DNA of 64,000 nucleotides from Planctomycetota bacterium (GTDB lineage Bacteria; Planctomycetota; UBA8108; UBA1146), in contig JADHSM010000001.1 of the NCBI GenBank assembly GCA_016776905.1, positions 112,691 to 176,690 on the forward strand, in the 5' to 3' direction. The translations under genes and the position numbers were made by a program. Below, piece after piece: positions 20,684 to 29,966 of this stretch. Position 1 is the first letter of the stretch; each line of letters begins with the position of its first letter. The notes beneath the pieces were generated by a model. That model was not told the origin of the DNA. It did not search any database and saw only the letters and a program-made list of their open reading frames with translations.

Positions 20684-20914
20684 TTGGCTGAAGACATGAG
20701 ATTGTTCGGCGAAGTGGCCTTTGAACTACAATACATCACGACTTCCCAACTCTATGAAGGTCTGGCAATCCAGGCGCGCGATGAAGCCCGTGGCGCCGAT
20801 CATAGATTTTTGGGACAGATCTTGATGGATCTGGGGCATTTAAAAGAAAAACAGGTCCTCGAAGTCCTTCGTATTCTGCACGACAGGCCCCGGCAGGGTG
20901 TCGAGGAGAAGTAA
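20684..20914 (+). CDS. Small stand-alone MshEN-like protein (76 aa)
   Basis: AAGGAG precedes TTG 20684. Tandem motifs RLFGEVAFELQYITTSQLYEGLAIQ and RFLGQILMDLGHLKEKQVLEVL. Confidence 0.7.
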   Translation: MAEDMRLFGEVAFELQYITTSQLYEGLAIQARDEARGADHRFLGQILMDLGHLKEKQVLEVLRILHDRPRQGVEEK

Positions 20915-21950
20915 CCTGTCTTCTGAGAATCCCATTCCATCTCTCCCTTCTCCCATTCTGGCATGGCTCGAGAAAGCCTGGAGAGTGGGTGCCTCCCTCG
21001 GAGAGTGGCGTCATCAACGACAAGTTCTCCGTGGGATCTGGCCTCTCAAGCTCTCGGTTCCGGTGATCAGCATCGGTAATCTCACCGTCGGTGGTACAGG
21101 GAAAACTCCAACAACAGTGAGTCTTGCGCGTGCATGGCAGAAACGTGGTGGGCACCCTGGAATACTGAGTAGAGGTTACAAGGGGGGAGCGGATGGGAAT
21201 GATGAATACCACATGCTCAAAGAGCAGCTTCCGGACGTTCCTCATCTGCAAAATCCGCAACGTCACAAGGCCGGCGAACAATTGTTGAAGGCATACCCCG
21301 AGGTGGATCTTCTATTTTTAGATGATGGGTTTCAGCATCGACGCCTTTATCGAGACTTGGACGTGGTTCTTTGTGATGCCAAGGATCCCTTTGGCGGAGG
21401 TTATTGTCTTCCGAGGGGGCGGTTACGTGAACCTGTGACGGCTCTCGCGAGAGCGCAACATATTTTGCTCACTCGATCTGAGCGCTGTACTGAAATTGAA
21501 TTGAAAAATGTACGGGGCTTTTTTAGACAGATGTTTCCAACGATCCCTGTCAGTTTGGCCCGTACTGAAGTTGTTGGTTTGCAAAAGTTATCGGGAGAAA
21601 AACTCGATCAATATCCAGAGGGTCAGTTTCTCCCATTCAGTGCGATTGGCGATCCTTCAGGATTCCAGCATTCTCTGAAGAGTCATGGGATTCAAATCCA
21701 TCCGAGTATTTGTTTCAGAGATCATCACTCTTTTCGATCCACGGATCTGGCCACTCTGGAGAGAAAATCGACGGAGTTGGGGGCTGCGGGACTGATATGC
21801 ACCTTAAAGGATGCTGTCAAAATCAGGGAGATGACCCTGCCTGCGGGACTTCAAAATCGGGTTTATGTTCTCGAAATCCGTCAGAATATCGATTCAACGG
21901 AACTCCTTGAGGGATTCCGCCCAGGAACACCTCGGGGAGAGGTGAACTGA
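20898..21950 (+). CDS. lpxK: Tetraacyldisaccharide 4'-kinase
   Basis: VISIGNLTVGGTGKTP, LSRGY, LDDGFQH, LPRGRLREP, FRDHH, TLKDAVK. Confidence 0.95.
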   Translation: MSRRSNLSSENPIPSLPSPILAWLEKAWRVGASLGEWRHQRQVLRGIWPLKLSVPVISIGNLTVGGTGKTPTTVSLARAWQKRGGHPGILSRGYKGGADGNDEYHMLKEQLPDVPHLQNPQRHKAGEQLLKAYPEVDLLFLDDGFQHRRLYRDLDVVLCDAKDPFGGGYCLPRGRLREPVTALARAQHILLTRSERCTEIELKNVRGFFRQMFPTIPVSLARTEVVGLQKLSGEKLDQYPEGQFLPFSAIGDPSGFQHSLKSHGIQIHPSICFRDHHSFRSTDLATLERKSTELGAAGLICTLKDAVKIREMTLPAGLQNRVYVLEIRQNIDSTELLEGFRPGTPRGEVN

Positions 21951-21994
21951 ACCGGCCTCTCTGATAGCATCCCCGCTAGTGAAGAGGAGATCTC

Positions 21995-22939
21995 ATGAAC
22001 AATAAAGAGAAGTGGCAACCCCTCGATCTAGATGGAGTTCATTCCACTCCCATCGCTGATCGCAAGAACATCGTTCGAAGAGATCAGTTCAAGGATCTCT
22101 GCGATCCTTCGGCGTCCTTCTCGGAGTGGCTCTCATCCCTGCCGGACATTCTCGCTGCGGGCGAGCTGAGAGCCGCAGCTGAAGCCGTCGCTCTCTCACA
22201 TGAGGCGAAGGCACCCGTCATCGCTGCTCTCGGGGGGCATGTTGTCAAGGTCGGTATGGGACCGGTGATGATTGATTTGATGGAACGTGGTCTCATTCAG
22301 GCATTGGCCATGAACGGTGCCACGGCTATTCACGATCTTGAACTGGCTATGATTGGCGAAACTTCAGAGGATGTTGCGACGCATATTGCGGATGGTTCCT
22401 TTGGAATGTCGCGGGAAACCGCAGAGTCCTTTCGTCAAGGAGCTGAACGAGGTGCAAAAGGAATCGGACTGGGAGCGGGTCTAGGGAGCTGGATCCTCGA
22501 GGAAAAGATGCCTCATGCTGAAATCTCAATGCTGGCTTGTGCCAGGCGGTTGGGTATCCCAGCGACAGTGCATGTCGCTTTCGGAACTGACATCGTTCAT
22601 ATGCATCCGGGTGTCGCTGGAGGAGAGATGGGTGAGGCCACGTCCATCGACTTCCGACTTTTGGCTGCCGTTGTGCATGATTTGGAAAATGGGTGTTGGC
22701 TGAATATTGGTTCCGCTGTGGTGATGCCTGAGGTTTTTCTCAAGGTGGTCAACATTGCCCGAAATCTGGGGCAGAAACTTGAGGGTATCACTGCGATCAA
22801 TTTCGATATGATTCCTCATTACAGAACCAGTCGAAATGTCCTCCAAAGACCTGTGGAGAGAGGCATTTCTCTGATTGGACATCATGAGATTAATCTGCCC
22901 CTATTCAGAATGGCATTGCTTCAAAGAGTGGAGAAATAG
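21995..22939 (+). CDS. Conserved protein of probable deoxyhypusine-synthase-like fold
   Basis: GGHVVKVG, AMNGATAIHD, VHVAFGTDIVHMHP, GSAVVMPEVFLK and GHHE. Fold assignment is from memory of the family. Confidence 0.6.
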   Translation: MNNKEKWQPLDLDGVHSTPIADRKNIVRRDQFKDLCDPSASFSEWLSSLPDILAAGELRAAAEAVALSHEAKAPVIAALGGHVVKVGMGPVMIDLMERGLIQALAMNGATAIHDLELAMIGETSEDVATHIADGSFGMSRETAESFRQGAERGAKGIGLGAGLGSWILEEKMPHAEISMLACARRLGIPATVHVAFGTDIVHMHPGVAGGEMGEATSIDFRLLAAVVHDLENGCWLNIGSAVVMPEVFLKVVNIARNLGQKLEGITAINFDMIPHYRTSRNVLQRPVERGISLIGHHEINLPLFRMALLQRVEK

Positions 22940-24450
22940 TGATGATTCCTGAACTGGAAGATCTATCCCTAGACGAGCCGATTCTCATCATTGGCGATTT
23001 GATGCTGGATGAGTACTTCCTAGGAGATGTCGAACGGATTTCTCCTGAGGCTCCGGTGCCTGTTGTTCGAGCACAGCAACATGAACGTCGTGTAGGAGGA
23101 GCGGGAAGTGTCGTGGCCAATCTTTCTGCACTTGGAATTCCTACAAAAGTCTTAGGCCTTGTCGGAAGAGACGAAGCGGGAGATCACATCGTATCCGCAC
23201 TCTCTCAATTGGGGGCTGACGTCGAAGAAGTCGTGACTTCTGACCAAAGGCCGACCAGTTGTAAGACTCGGATTCTTGCCGGTGTCCAACAAGCGGGGAG
23301 AGGACAGCAGCAAATTCTCCGACTCGATCGTGAGGAAGTTCAAGAAATCTCTGTCGAAGAGACACTCGCTTGTCGATCTGCATTGAGTCGTATCTTTGCA
23401 GGACCACTCTCCATGATTCTTGTTTCAGATTATGAAAAAGGTCTGCTCTCCGAGGATCTGATTCAGTTCGTGATTACAGAAGCGAAGCAACGTGGGATTC
23501 CTGTTCTCGTCGATCCGGGGAGATCAGGGCAATGGAGCAAATTTACTGGGGCAACTCTGATTTGCCCGAATCGGTTCGAAACTTCAGCAGCCACCGGTAT
23601 GGAAGTGGGGGCTGAAGTTCCTGAGCATGCCCAGGCCGCAGAGTCTTTGATCGATCGTTTAAAACTAGAGCATTGTATTTTGACATTGGATAGAGACGGG
23701 ATAACGAGAGTCTCCAAAGGAGGCGAATTACGGCGTCACCCCACTCGTGTTCAGGCCGTGACCGATGTGGCTGGAGCAGGAGATATGGTTTTGTCTCTAC
23801 TCGGAGTGGCATTGGCTTCTGGCTGGTCGATGGATGAAGCGTGTCAACTCTCCAATCTGGGTGCGGGCCTAGAGATTCAAAAGGTGGGGGTCCAGCCCGT
23901 GGAGAGATGGGAATTGTCGGCTGCGAGAGATGCACACTGTGGGATTCAGCCAGATTCGGCTCGTTCAGCATCGGAAATGGTCCGGATCGTAGAGAATTAT
24001 CGAACAGCTGAGCAGAAGGTGGTTTTCACCAACGGTTGTTTTGATCTCCTCCATTCGGGTCATCTTCAGCTTTTAGAAGCAGCAAGGGCATTTGGCGATG
24101 CTCTAGTGATCGGTTTGAATTCTGACGCTTCAGTGACTCGTTTGAAGGGAGCGGAGAGACCTATTCTTCCCGCTTCTGAGCGAGCCCGGTTATTAGGGGC
24201 TCTGTCATGTGTAGATCACGTGGTGATCTTCGAGGAGGACACTCCTGAGCAGTTGATAGACGCTCTGCTTCCAGACGTCCTCGTCAAGGGAGCGGATTAT
24301 GCTATTGAAGAGGTCGTGGGCAGAGAAGCGGTTGAGGCTGCGGGTGGAAGGGTCGAAACAGTGACTCTCAGACCCGGTTTCTCGACCACGGGTTTGATCG
24401 AGCAAATCCGAAGTGGGACTCGATCTTGCCCCCAGACCCCTGAAGGCTAG
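22939..24450 (+). CDS. hldE: Bifunctional heptose 7-phosphate kinase / heptose 1-phosphate adenylyltransferase
   Basis: GDLMLDEY, RISPEAPVPV, SDYEKG, DVAGAGD; VFTNGCFDLLHSGH, GLNSDASV, LVKGADY, FSTT. Confidence 0.96.
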   Translation: MMIPELEDLSLDEPILIIGDLMLDEYFLGDVERISPEAPVPVVRAQQHERRVGGAGSVVANLSALGIPTKVLGLVGRDEAGDHIVSALSQLGADVEEVVTSDQRPTSCKTRILAGVQQAGRGQQQILRLDREEVQEISVEETLACRSALSRIFAGPLSMILVSDYEKGLLSEDLIQFVITEAKQRGIPVLVDPGRSGQWSKFTGATLICPNRFETSAATGMEVGAEVPEHAQAAESLIDRLKLEHCILTLDRDGITRVSKGGELRRHPTRVQAVTDVAGAGDMVLSLLGVALASGWSMDEACQLSNLGAGLEIQKVGVQPVERWELSAARDAHCGIQPDSARSASEMVRIVENYRTAEQKVVFTNGCFDLLHSGHLQLLEAARAFGDALVIGLNSDASVTRLKGAERPILPASERARLLGALSCVDHVVIFEEDTPEQLIDALLPDVLVKGADYAIEEVVGREAVEAAGGRVETVTLRPGFSTTGLIEQIRSGTRSCPQTPEG

Positions 24451-24571
24451 GATACGGGTTGTCCTGTCAAAGGTGTGTCCCACCTTTTCCTTGGATAGCC
24501 CAATGTCGTCAGGTGTTTTTCAATCCTGAGGACCAGTCCTCTACCCGAAGCCCAAACCACGGGGAGTATAC

Positions 24572-25939
24572 ATGACAGAAGAGACTCGGAACGAGACGAG
24601 GGATCGTTCCAGTGCAGCGACGATGTTTGGTCGAATTGCACTGAAGAATAAACTCGTCGATGAAGCTACCCTCAAACAAGTGATGTCCGAATTACCCGCA
24701 GGAGCGGATCTCGGGGCAGTGCTCGTCAAACAGGGTTTGATATCAGAGCAACATGCCGAAGCGATTCAGAAAAAGATTACTGCACACATGAAGAGTGCTC
24801 CCGCTGCTGGAAATGGCGCTTCTGCGTCAGCCGCGACGGGGGGGGGGACTACGGTTGCTGATGTCCAGCGAATGGATTTCAGCGACATGCATGGGAAACC
24901 CATCCGCGAATATCTGAAGCGGGTAAGGGAGTTTGGCTGTTCGGATTTCCATTTCCAGGTGGACTCTGCACCTCTCGTTCGTTTACACGGACAATTGATA
25001 AGACTCAAGCATCCGACGTTGACAGCAGAGAACACTGAAAATGCGATCCGAGAGCTTTTAGATGAAGAACAGTGGAAAGAACTCGAAGTACACCTCGATC
25101 TAGACTTCTGCCTCGAAACAGAAGATCACGGTCGTTACAGAGCGAATTGTTTCCAGCAACGAAAAGGAAAAGAAGCCATCTTTCGGCTGATTCCGATGAA
25201 GGTTCCCACTCTTGAGGAACTCAAGTTGCCTTCCGTACTCAAGGAATTTACGCAATACAATCAAGGCATCGTATTGGTGACAGGGCCTTCAGGGTGCGGT
25301 AAATCTGCGACATTGGCTGCTCTCGTGGGCATGGTCAATGATCAAAGAAACGATCATATCGTGACCGTTGAAGACCCCATCGAGTACATCTTTGAACCTT
25401 CTGGATCAAATATCAATCAAAGGCATGTTCGCCGTCATACCGATAGCTTTCACTCTGCATTGAGATCCGCCATGAGGGCGGACCCAGACGTGATCATGGT
25501 GGGAGAGATGCGGGACGTCGAGACGATCTCCATGGCCATCACTGCTGCTGAGACAGGTCACCTCGTTCTGGCCACACTACACACGACGAATGCGGTGAGA
25601 TCTCTGGATCGTTTGATCGATGTTTTCCCACCCCGGGAGCAAGAGCAAATCAGAGCGATGGTTTCGGAATCGATGCGCGGAGTGGTCTCGCAGCAGTTGT
25701 TACCCCGTAAAGATGGATCAGGTGTAGAGCCTGCTCTCGAAATCATGTTTGCCACTCCAGCAGTGGGCAATTTGATTAGAGAAAACAAAACCTTCCAACT
25801 GCCTTCGGTTCTTCAGACCGGAAGAAAGCAGGGCATGGTTACGATGGACGATTCTATTCGTGAATTGCTGAAGAAGGGTGTGATCACTCCGGAAGTGGCG
25901 CGTTACCACGCAGAAGACCCCTCAAGGATGAAGGGCTAG
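24572..25939 (+). CDS. pilT: Type IV pilus retraction ATPase with an N-terminal MshEN-like extension
   Basis: GPSGCGKS, EDPIE, DPDVIMVGEMRD, GHLVLATLHT and NLIRE motifs, plus about 100 extra N-terminal residues. Confidence 0.92.
   Translation: MTEETRNETRDRSSAATMFGRIALKNKLVDEATLKQVMSELPAGADLGAVLVKQGLISEQHAEAIQKKITAHMKSAPAAGNGASASAATGGGTTVADVQRMDFSDMHGKPIREYLKRVREFGCSDFHFQVDSAPLVRLHGQLIRLKHPTLTAENTENAIRELLDEEQWKELEVHLDLDFCLETEDHGRYRANCFQQRKGKEAIFRLIPMKVPTLEELKLPSVLKEFTQYNQGIVLVTGPSGCGKSATLAALVGMVNDQRNDHIVTVEDPIEYIFEPSGSNINQRHVRRHTDSFHSALRSAMRADPDVIMVGEMRDVETISMAITAAETGHLVLATLHTTNAVRSLDRLIDVFPPREQEQIRAMVSESMRGVVSQQLLPRKDGSGVEPALEIMFATPAVGNLIRENKTFQLPSVLQTGRKQGMVTMDDSIRELLKKGVITPEVARYHAEDPSRMKG
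24838..24847 (+). repeat. G10 homopolymer in the pilT interdomain linker
   Basis: acG GGG GGG GGG act, encoding Thr-Gly-Gly-Gly-Thr. Confidence 0.9.
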
Positions 25940-25946
25940 GAGAATC

Positions 25947-27011
25947 ATGAGTACCGAACATATCGATAAGTTACTGAGAATGATTAAGGATCTGAATGGG
26001 TCTGATTTGCACGTGAGTGCGGGTATGCCTCCAAAGATTAGAGTCCATGGTCATCTCCGATCTGTTTCAAAGGAGCCTTTGACTCCTCAGCAAACAGAGC
26101 AGTTGTTACTTCCAATACTCGATGAAAAACGTCGAGAGCTCCTGTTGGAAAAGAATGACCTCGATTGGGCATATGCCATGCCAGGTGTTGCTCGATTCAG
26201 GTGCAGTTTCTTCCGCCAACAGCATGGTCTTGCTGGCGTGTTTCGAATGATTCCGGAAGAAATCTTGCCTGTTTCCGCTTTGGGTGTCCCTCCTCATATT
26301 GAGAAGTTTTGTCACTTGAAGAATGGTCTCGTGCTTTGTACCGGCCCGACGGGAAGTGGAAAGTCCACGACCTTGGCGGCTCTTGTTGACTACATCAATC
26401 AGAATCAATCTCGTCATATTGTCACCATTGAAGAGCCGATTGAATTTGTCCATGCCAATAAGCAGTCTCAAATTACTCAAAGAGAAGTTGGCATCGATTC
26501 AGAGTCTTTTGCGAAAGCTCTTCGTTCAGTCGGTCGTCAAGACCCGGACGTGATTCTCGTCGGAGAATTGAGAGATCTGGAAACCATCGGATTAGCGATC
26601 ACTGCTGCCGAGATGGGGTATCTGGTTTTTGCTACCTTGCACACCAATAGTGCTGCAAAGACTGTCGACCGTATCATCGACGTATTCCCTGAAGAGCAGC
26701 AGAATCAGGTGAGAACGATGCTCTCTTGTTCTTTAAAAGGGATCATCGCGCAGTTATTGATTCCGAAGAAAGATGGAAAAGGTCGAGTCGTGGTCAACGA
26801 GCTCCTCTTCCATGATGGGGCATTACCCAACATCATTCGTGAAGGAGCAGTGCACAAAATCGTGTCACTGATCGAAGGAGGACGGGGTAAAGGGATGCAA
26901 TTGATGGACGATGCCATTCTTGCAAGACTTAAAGAGGGCTCCATCAGTGCTGAGGATGCATATCGCTGGGCCGCAGAGAAGAAAAAGTTCCAACACCTCC
27001 TGAAGGGTTGA
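25947..27011 (+). CDS. pilT: Type IV pilus retraction ATPase (canonical length)
   Basis: SDLH, GPTGSGKST, EEPIE, DPDVILVGELRD, ATLHT, NIIREG. Confidence 0.94.
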   Translation: MSTEHIDKLLRMIKDLNGSDLHVSAGMPPKIRVHGHLRSVSKEPLTPQQTEQLLLPILDEKRRELLLEKNDLDWAYAMPGVARFRCSFFRQQHGLAGVFRMIPEEILPVSALGVPPHIEKFCHLKNGLVLCTGPTGSGKSTTLAALVDYINQNQSRHIVTIEEPIEFVHANKQSQITQREVGIDSESFAKALRSVGRQDPDVILVGELRDLETIGLAITAAEMGYLVFATLHTNSAAKTVDRIIDVFPEEQQNQVRTMLSCSLKGIIAQLLIPKKDGKGRVVVNELLFHDGALPNIIREGAVHKIVSLIEGGRGKGMQLMDDAILARLKEGSISAEDAYRWAAEKKKFQHLLKG

Positions 27012-27015
27012 TCAG

Positions 27016-28056
27016 TTGAAAACTGATTTGAGAATTCTCGTCAGGATGCCCACGTGGGTAGGGGATGCCGTAATGGCCACCCCCGCTCTACGGGGAATCA
27101 GAAACAAATACCCAGATGCGCACGTCCAACTGATGGGGGGTGGGCATCTGCAGTCTCTCCTCGATGGGGCCGAGTTGTTTGACGAATGGATTCCTGTTGC
27201 CCAAGGTAAAAACAGGGTCCAGAGGAACATCCGTCTTATCCGGCAATCAAAAGCTGATATCGCCATTTTGCTACCCCATTCCTTTCGGACCGCGTTTGAA
27301 ACCTGGCGTGCTGGAATTCCTCGACGTATCGGTATGGATCGGCAGTGGCGGGGTTTATTCCTGACCGACCCTTTGTTGATGCCAAAACTGCTTCCCGGTC
27401 GTCGTGCATTTCCCATGCACTACGAATATCTTGAGGTGGTTTCTGCATTGGGTGTCATAGGAGATGGACGAGGATCTGTTTTGGCAGCGTCTGACCCCAC
27501 GAGGAAGCGTGCTGAAAAGCGACTCTTGGCATTGGAGTGTGACCCTGAGCGACCTTGGGTGGGCCTTCATCCGGGAGCGGCATTCGGGCCATCTAAAATC
27601 TGGCCCCTTGAGCGTTTGGCAGAGGTCGCGAGATCGCTTCGAGATGATGACGGGTGCGATATCTTTATCACCTGTGGTCCAGGGGAAGAGGGGCTCGCTA
27701 GAGAGTTGGAAGAACTGATGGGCGGACGTCAAATAAATTTGGCGGATGACCTGTGGCCTCTAGATGAACTCAAAGTATTGATGGAGAAGTTTTCACTTTT
27801 GATTACGGGGGATACGGGGCCGCGTCATATCGCCGCAGGAATGAACACCCCTCAAGTCGTCATCATGGGCCCCACAAGCCCCGACTATACCGATGCTTTC
27901 TTAGATACGACCACTGTCTTGAGGAAGCCTGTCGAATGCAGTCCATGTCAACAAAAGGTGTGCCCCTTGGGGCATCACCTTTGTATGACTGAAATCCAGC
28001 CGTCAGATGTCTTACTGGCGGCGAGGAGTTGGTTACAGGAAGAACTCTCTTCCTGA
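27016..28056 (+). CDS. waaF: LPS heptosyltransferase II
   Basis: PTWVGDAVMA, LPHSF, PGAAFGPSKIWP, DTGPRH, GPT and CSPC..CPLGHHLCM motifs. Confidence 0.9.
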   Translation: MKTDLRILVRMPTWVGDAVMATPALRGIRNKYPDAHVQLMGGGHLQSLLDGAELFDEWIPVAQGKNRVQRNIRLIRQSKADIAILLPHSFRTAFETWRAGIPRRIGMDRQWRGLFLTDPLLMPKLLPGRRAFPMHYEYLEVVSALGVIGDGRGSVLAASDPTRKRAEKRLLALECDPERPWVGLHPGAAFGPSKIWPLERLAEVARSLRDDDGCDIFITCGPGEEGLARELEELMGGRQINLADDLWPLDELKVLMEKFSLLITGDTGPRHIAAGMNTPQVVIMGPTSPDYTDAFLDTTTVLRKPVECSPCQQKVCPLGHHLCMTEIQPSDVLLAARSWLQEELSS

Positions 28057-28064
28057 AGGTCGCC

Positions 28065-29156
28065 TCAGTTCTGAACGAGAGCTTCTACCATTTTGTGGGC
28101 AATAGAAGTCATGGTGCTGGCGAGCGCTCCATCTGGTTGACTGATCATCACTGGCGTTCCTGAATCTCCTTGGATAGCTGTGCTGGGTTCCAATGGGATT
28201 TTTCCGAGGAAGGGCACGCCGTAACGATTAGAAATCTCCTCACCTCCTGCGCCGGGGAAGATTTCGGTCACATGACCACACTCAGAGCACTGGAAATGGC
28301 TCATGTTTTCGACCACTCCCAAAATGGGAACGCTAGTTCTCTGGAACATCTGGATTCCTCGTTGGACGTCGAGAAGTGCGACATCCTGTGGGGTCGTCAC
28401 GATCACCCCTCCTGCGAGGGAGAGTGATTGAACCAGTGTCAACTGAGCATCTCCAGTTCCAGGTGGGAGATCTAGAATCAGAAAATCTAACTCACCCCAT
28501 TCGACCTGAAACAGGAACTGTCTCAGTAATCCGGTGACCATCGGACCTCTCCAAATGACGGGAGAGTCTTCTTCCAGAAGGTAACCAATCGACATGGTTT
28601 TCAGACCATGAGATTCAATCGGCAGAATAGTCTCATGTTCTGTTGCGTTCGGTCTGTCAGCTTCTGTTCCCAGCATTTTAGGTGCAGAAGGTCCGTAGAC
28701 ATCTGCATCGAGGAGACCGACTCGTTTTCCGAGTTTTTGAAGTGCAACGGCTAGATTCACAGCGACTGTCGATTTACCGACTCCACCTTTGCCACTGGCA
28801 ACGGCAATGACGTGTGTGACTCCTGGAATATCCTGAGCGCCTACTGTGTTAGGGCCTGGCCCTTGCGCACCCTCGGGAGCCGGGCTGGACTCTTCCGTCT
28901 CCGGTTTTTTATGAAGGAGAGTGACTTTCTTGACACTTTCGATTTTGGAAATCTCTTCTTCGATACGTTCCTGTATGGATCCTTGCTGACTGGTCAGCTC
29001 GGGAGGGAATTCGATCACGAGTGTGATTTCTCCCTCATGAGCAATCACTCGTTGTATCAGTCCCGCTTGAACTATGTTTCCGGGTGTGCCCGGAAGAGGA
29101 ATCTCCGAGAGGGTCGTTTGAATCTGTTCGAGGACTTTAGCCTTGTCGAAAACCAT
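28065..29156 (-). CDS. Mrp/ApbC Fe-S cluster carrier ATPase
   Basis: ASGKGGVGKST, DADVYGPS, WRGPM, DLPPGTGD, VENMS and CSECG motifs. AGGAG precedes ATG 29156. Confidence 0.93.
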   Translation of the reverse strand: MVFDKAKVLEQIQTTLSEIPLPGTPGNIVQAGLIQRVIAHEGEITLVIEFPPELTSQQGSIQERIEEEISKIESVKKVTLLHKKPETEESSPAPEGAQGPGPNTVGAQDIPGVTHVIAVASGKGGVGKSTVAVNLAVALQKLGKRVGLLDADVYGPSAPKMLGTEADRPNATEHETILPIESHGLKTMSIGYLLEEDSPVIWRGPMVTGLLRQFLFQVEWGELDFLILDLPPGTGDAQLTLVQSLSLAGGVIVTTPQDVALLDVQRGIQMFQRTSVPILGVVENMSHFQCSECGHVTEIFPGAGGEEISNRYGVPFLGKIPLEPSTAIQGDSGTPVMISQPDGALASTMTSIAHKMVEALVQN

Positions 29157-29495
29157 CTGTATCTCCTGATCTGACTCGTGTGTCATTTGTTTCATGGATG
29201 GAGGTTTCGGGTTTGAACGGTACATCGCCTTCTTCCTGCATGACCGCAGAAAGGATCCCAGCAACCTCACGTCACTATCAGAATGGAACAAATGATGGGA
29301 AGACAGCGATTTTTGCCTGATAGAAGTCAGGTTAGACGCTTTTCCGGTAAAGGTGTCCTGTGATCGATAGTGTGGATTCCTTCATTTCGTGACCCATCTG
29401 TCCTCAGAGAGGACTGATTGAGGTTTTACCACTCACGTTGGTTAAGATTCATGGAGTCGAGAGAAGAGCCACTATTCAGCTTTTAAGGGGTTTGT

Positions 29496-29879
29496 ATGTC
29501 AAATTTTAGTTTCATAAATGCAGAAGATCTCGACTCTGTATTGAGTGATAAATCAGGCCTTCAATTAGTCCATTTTGGCAGTTCTCTCGTGACTTCTTGT
29601 AATTTCATGAGAAGAAGCTTGTCGATCATTTCTTCCGAATTTGCTGAGTCGTTGCCGATGATTGAAGTTGAGTTACAACTGACCCAGATTGAAGTGGTTC
29701 AGAAGTATCAAGTTCGATCCTTGCCCACCATCTTGATTTTTCACGAGAATCAAATTAAAGAGCGTCTCGAAAGAATCCTGCTCCCAGCAGAATTGAGGCA
29801 GTTTCTTCAAGATACCGTTTCATTCCATGCGGTTGCCGAGATCACTCCAAAGCCAGAAGACAAAGACACCTTGAATTAA
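29496..29879 (+). CDS. Thioredoxin-fold protein without a CXXC motif
   Basis: LVHFGSSLVTSC at the active-site position and KYQVRSLPTILIF at the cis-Pro loop. Confidence 0.7.
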   Translation: MSNFSFINAEDLDSVLSDKSGLQLVHFGSSLVTSCNFMRRSLSIISSEFAESLPMIEVELQLTQIEVVQKYQVRSLPTILIFHENQIKERLERILLPAELRQFLQDTVSFHAVAEITPKPEDKDTLN

Positions 29880-29957
29880 CAGTGCCTATCTCAGTGCCTA
29901 TCTCAGTGCCTATTTCAGTGCCTATTTCAGTGCCTATTTCAGTGCCTATTTCAGTGC
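29880..29957. repeat. 12-bp tandem repeat CAGTGCCTAT(C/T)T, 6.5 copies
   Basis: 2x CAGTGCCTATCT, 4x CAGTGCCTATTT and a partial CAGTGC, starting right after the TAA at 29879. Confidence 0.97.
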
Positions 29958-29966
29958 TTTAGAGAC

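Noticed and set aside
29880-29957. Possible CRISPR array
   Set aside because: Contiguous 12-bp units with no spacers, and no cas genes in the window.
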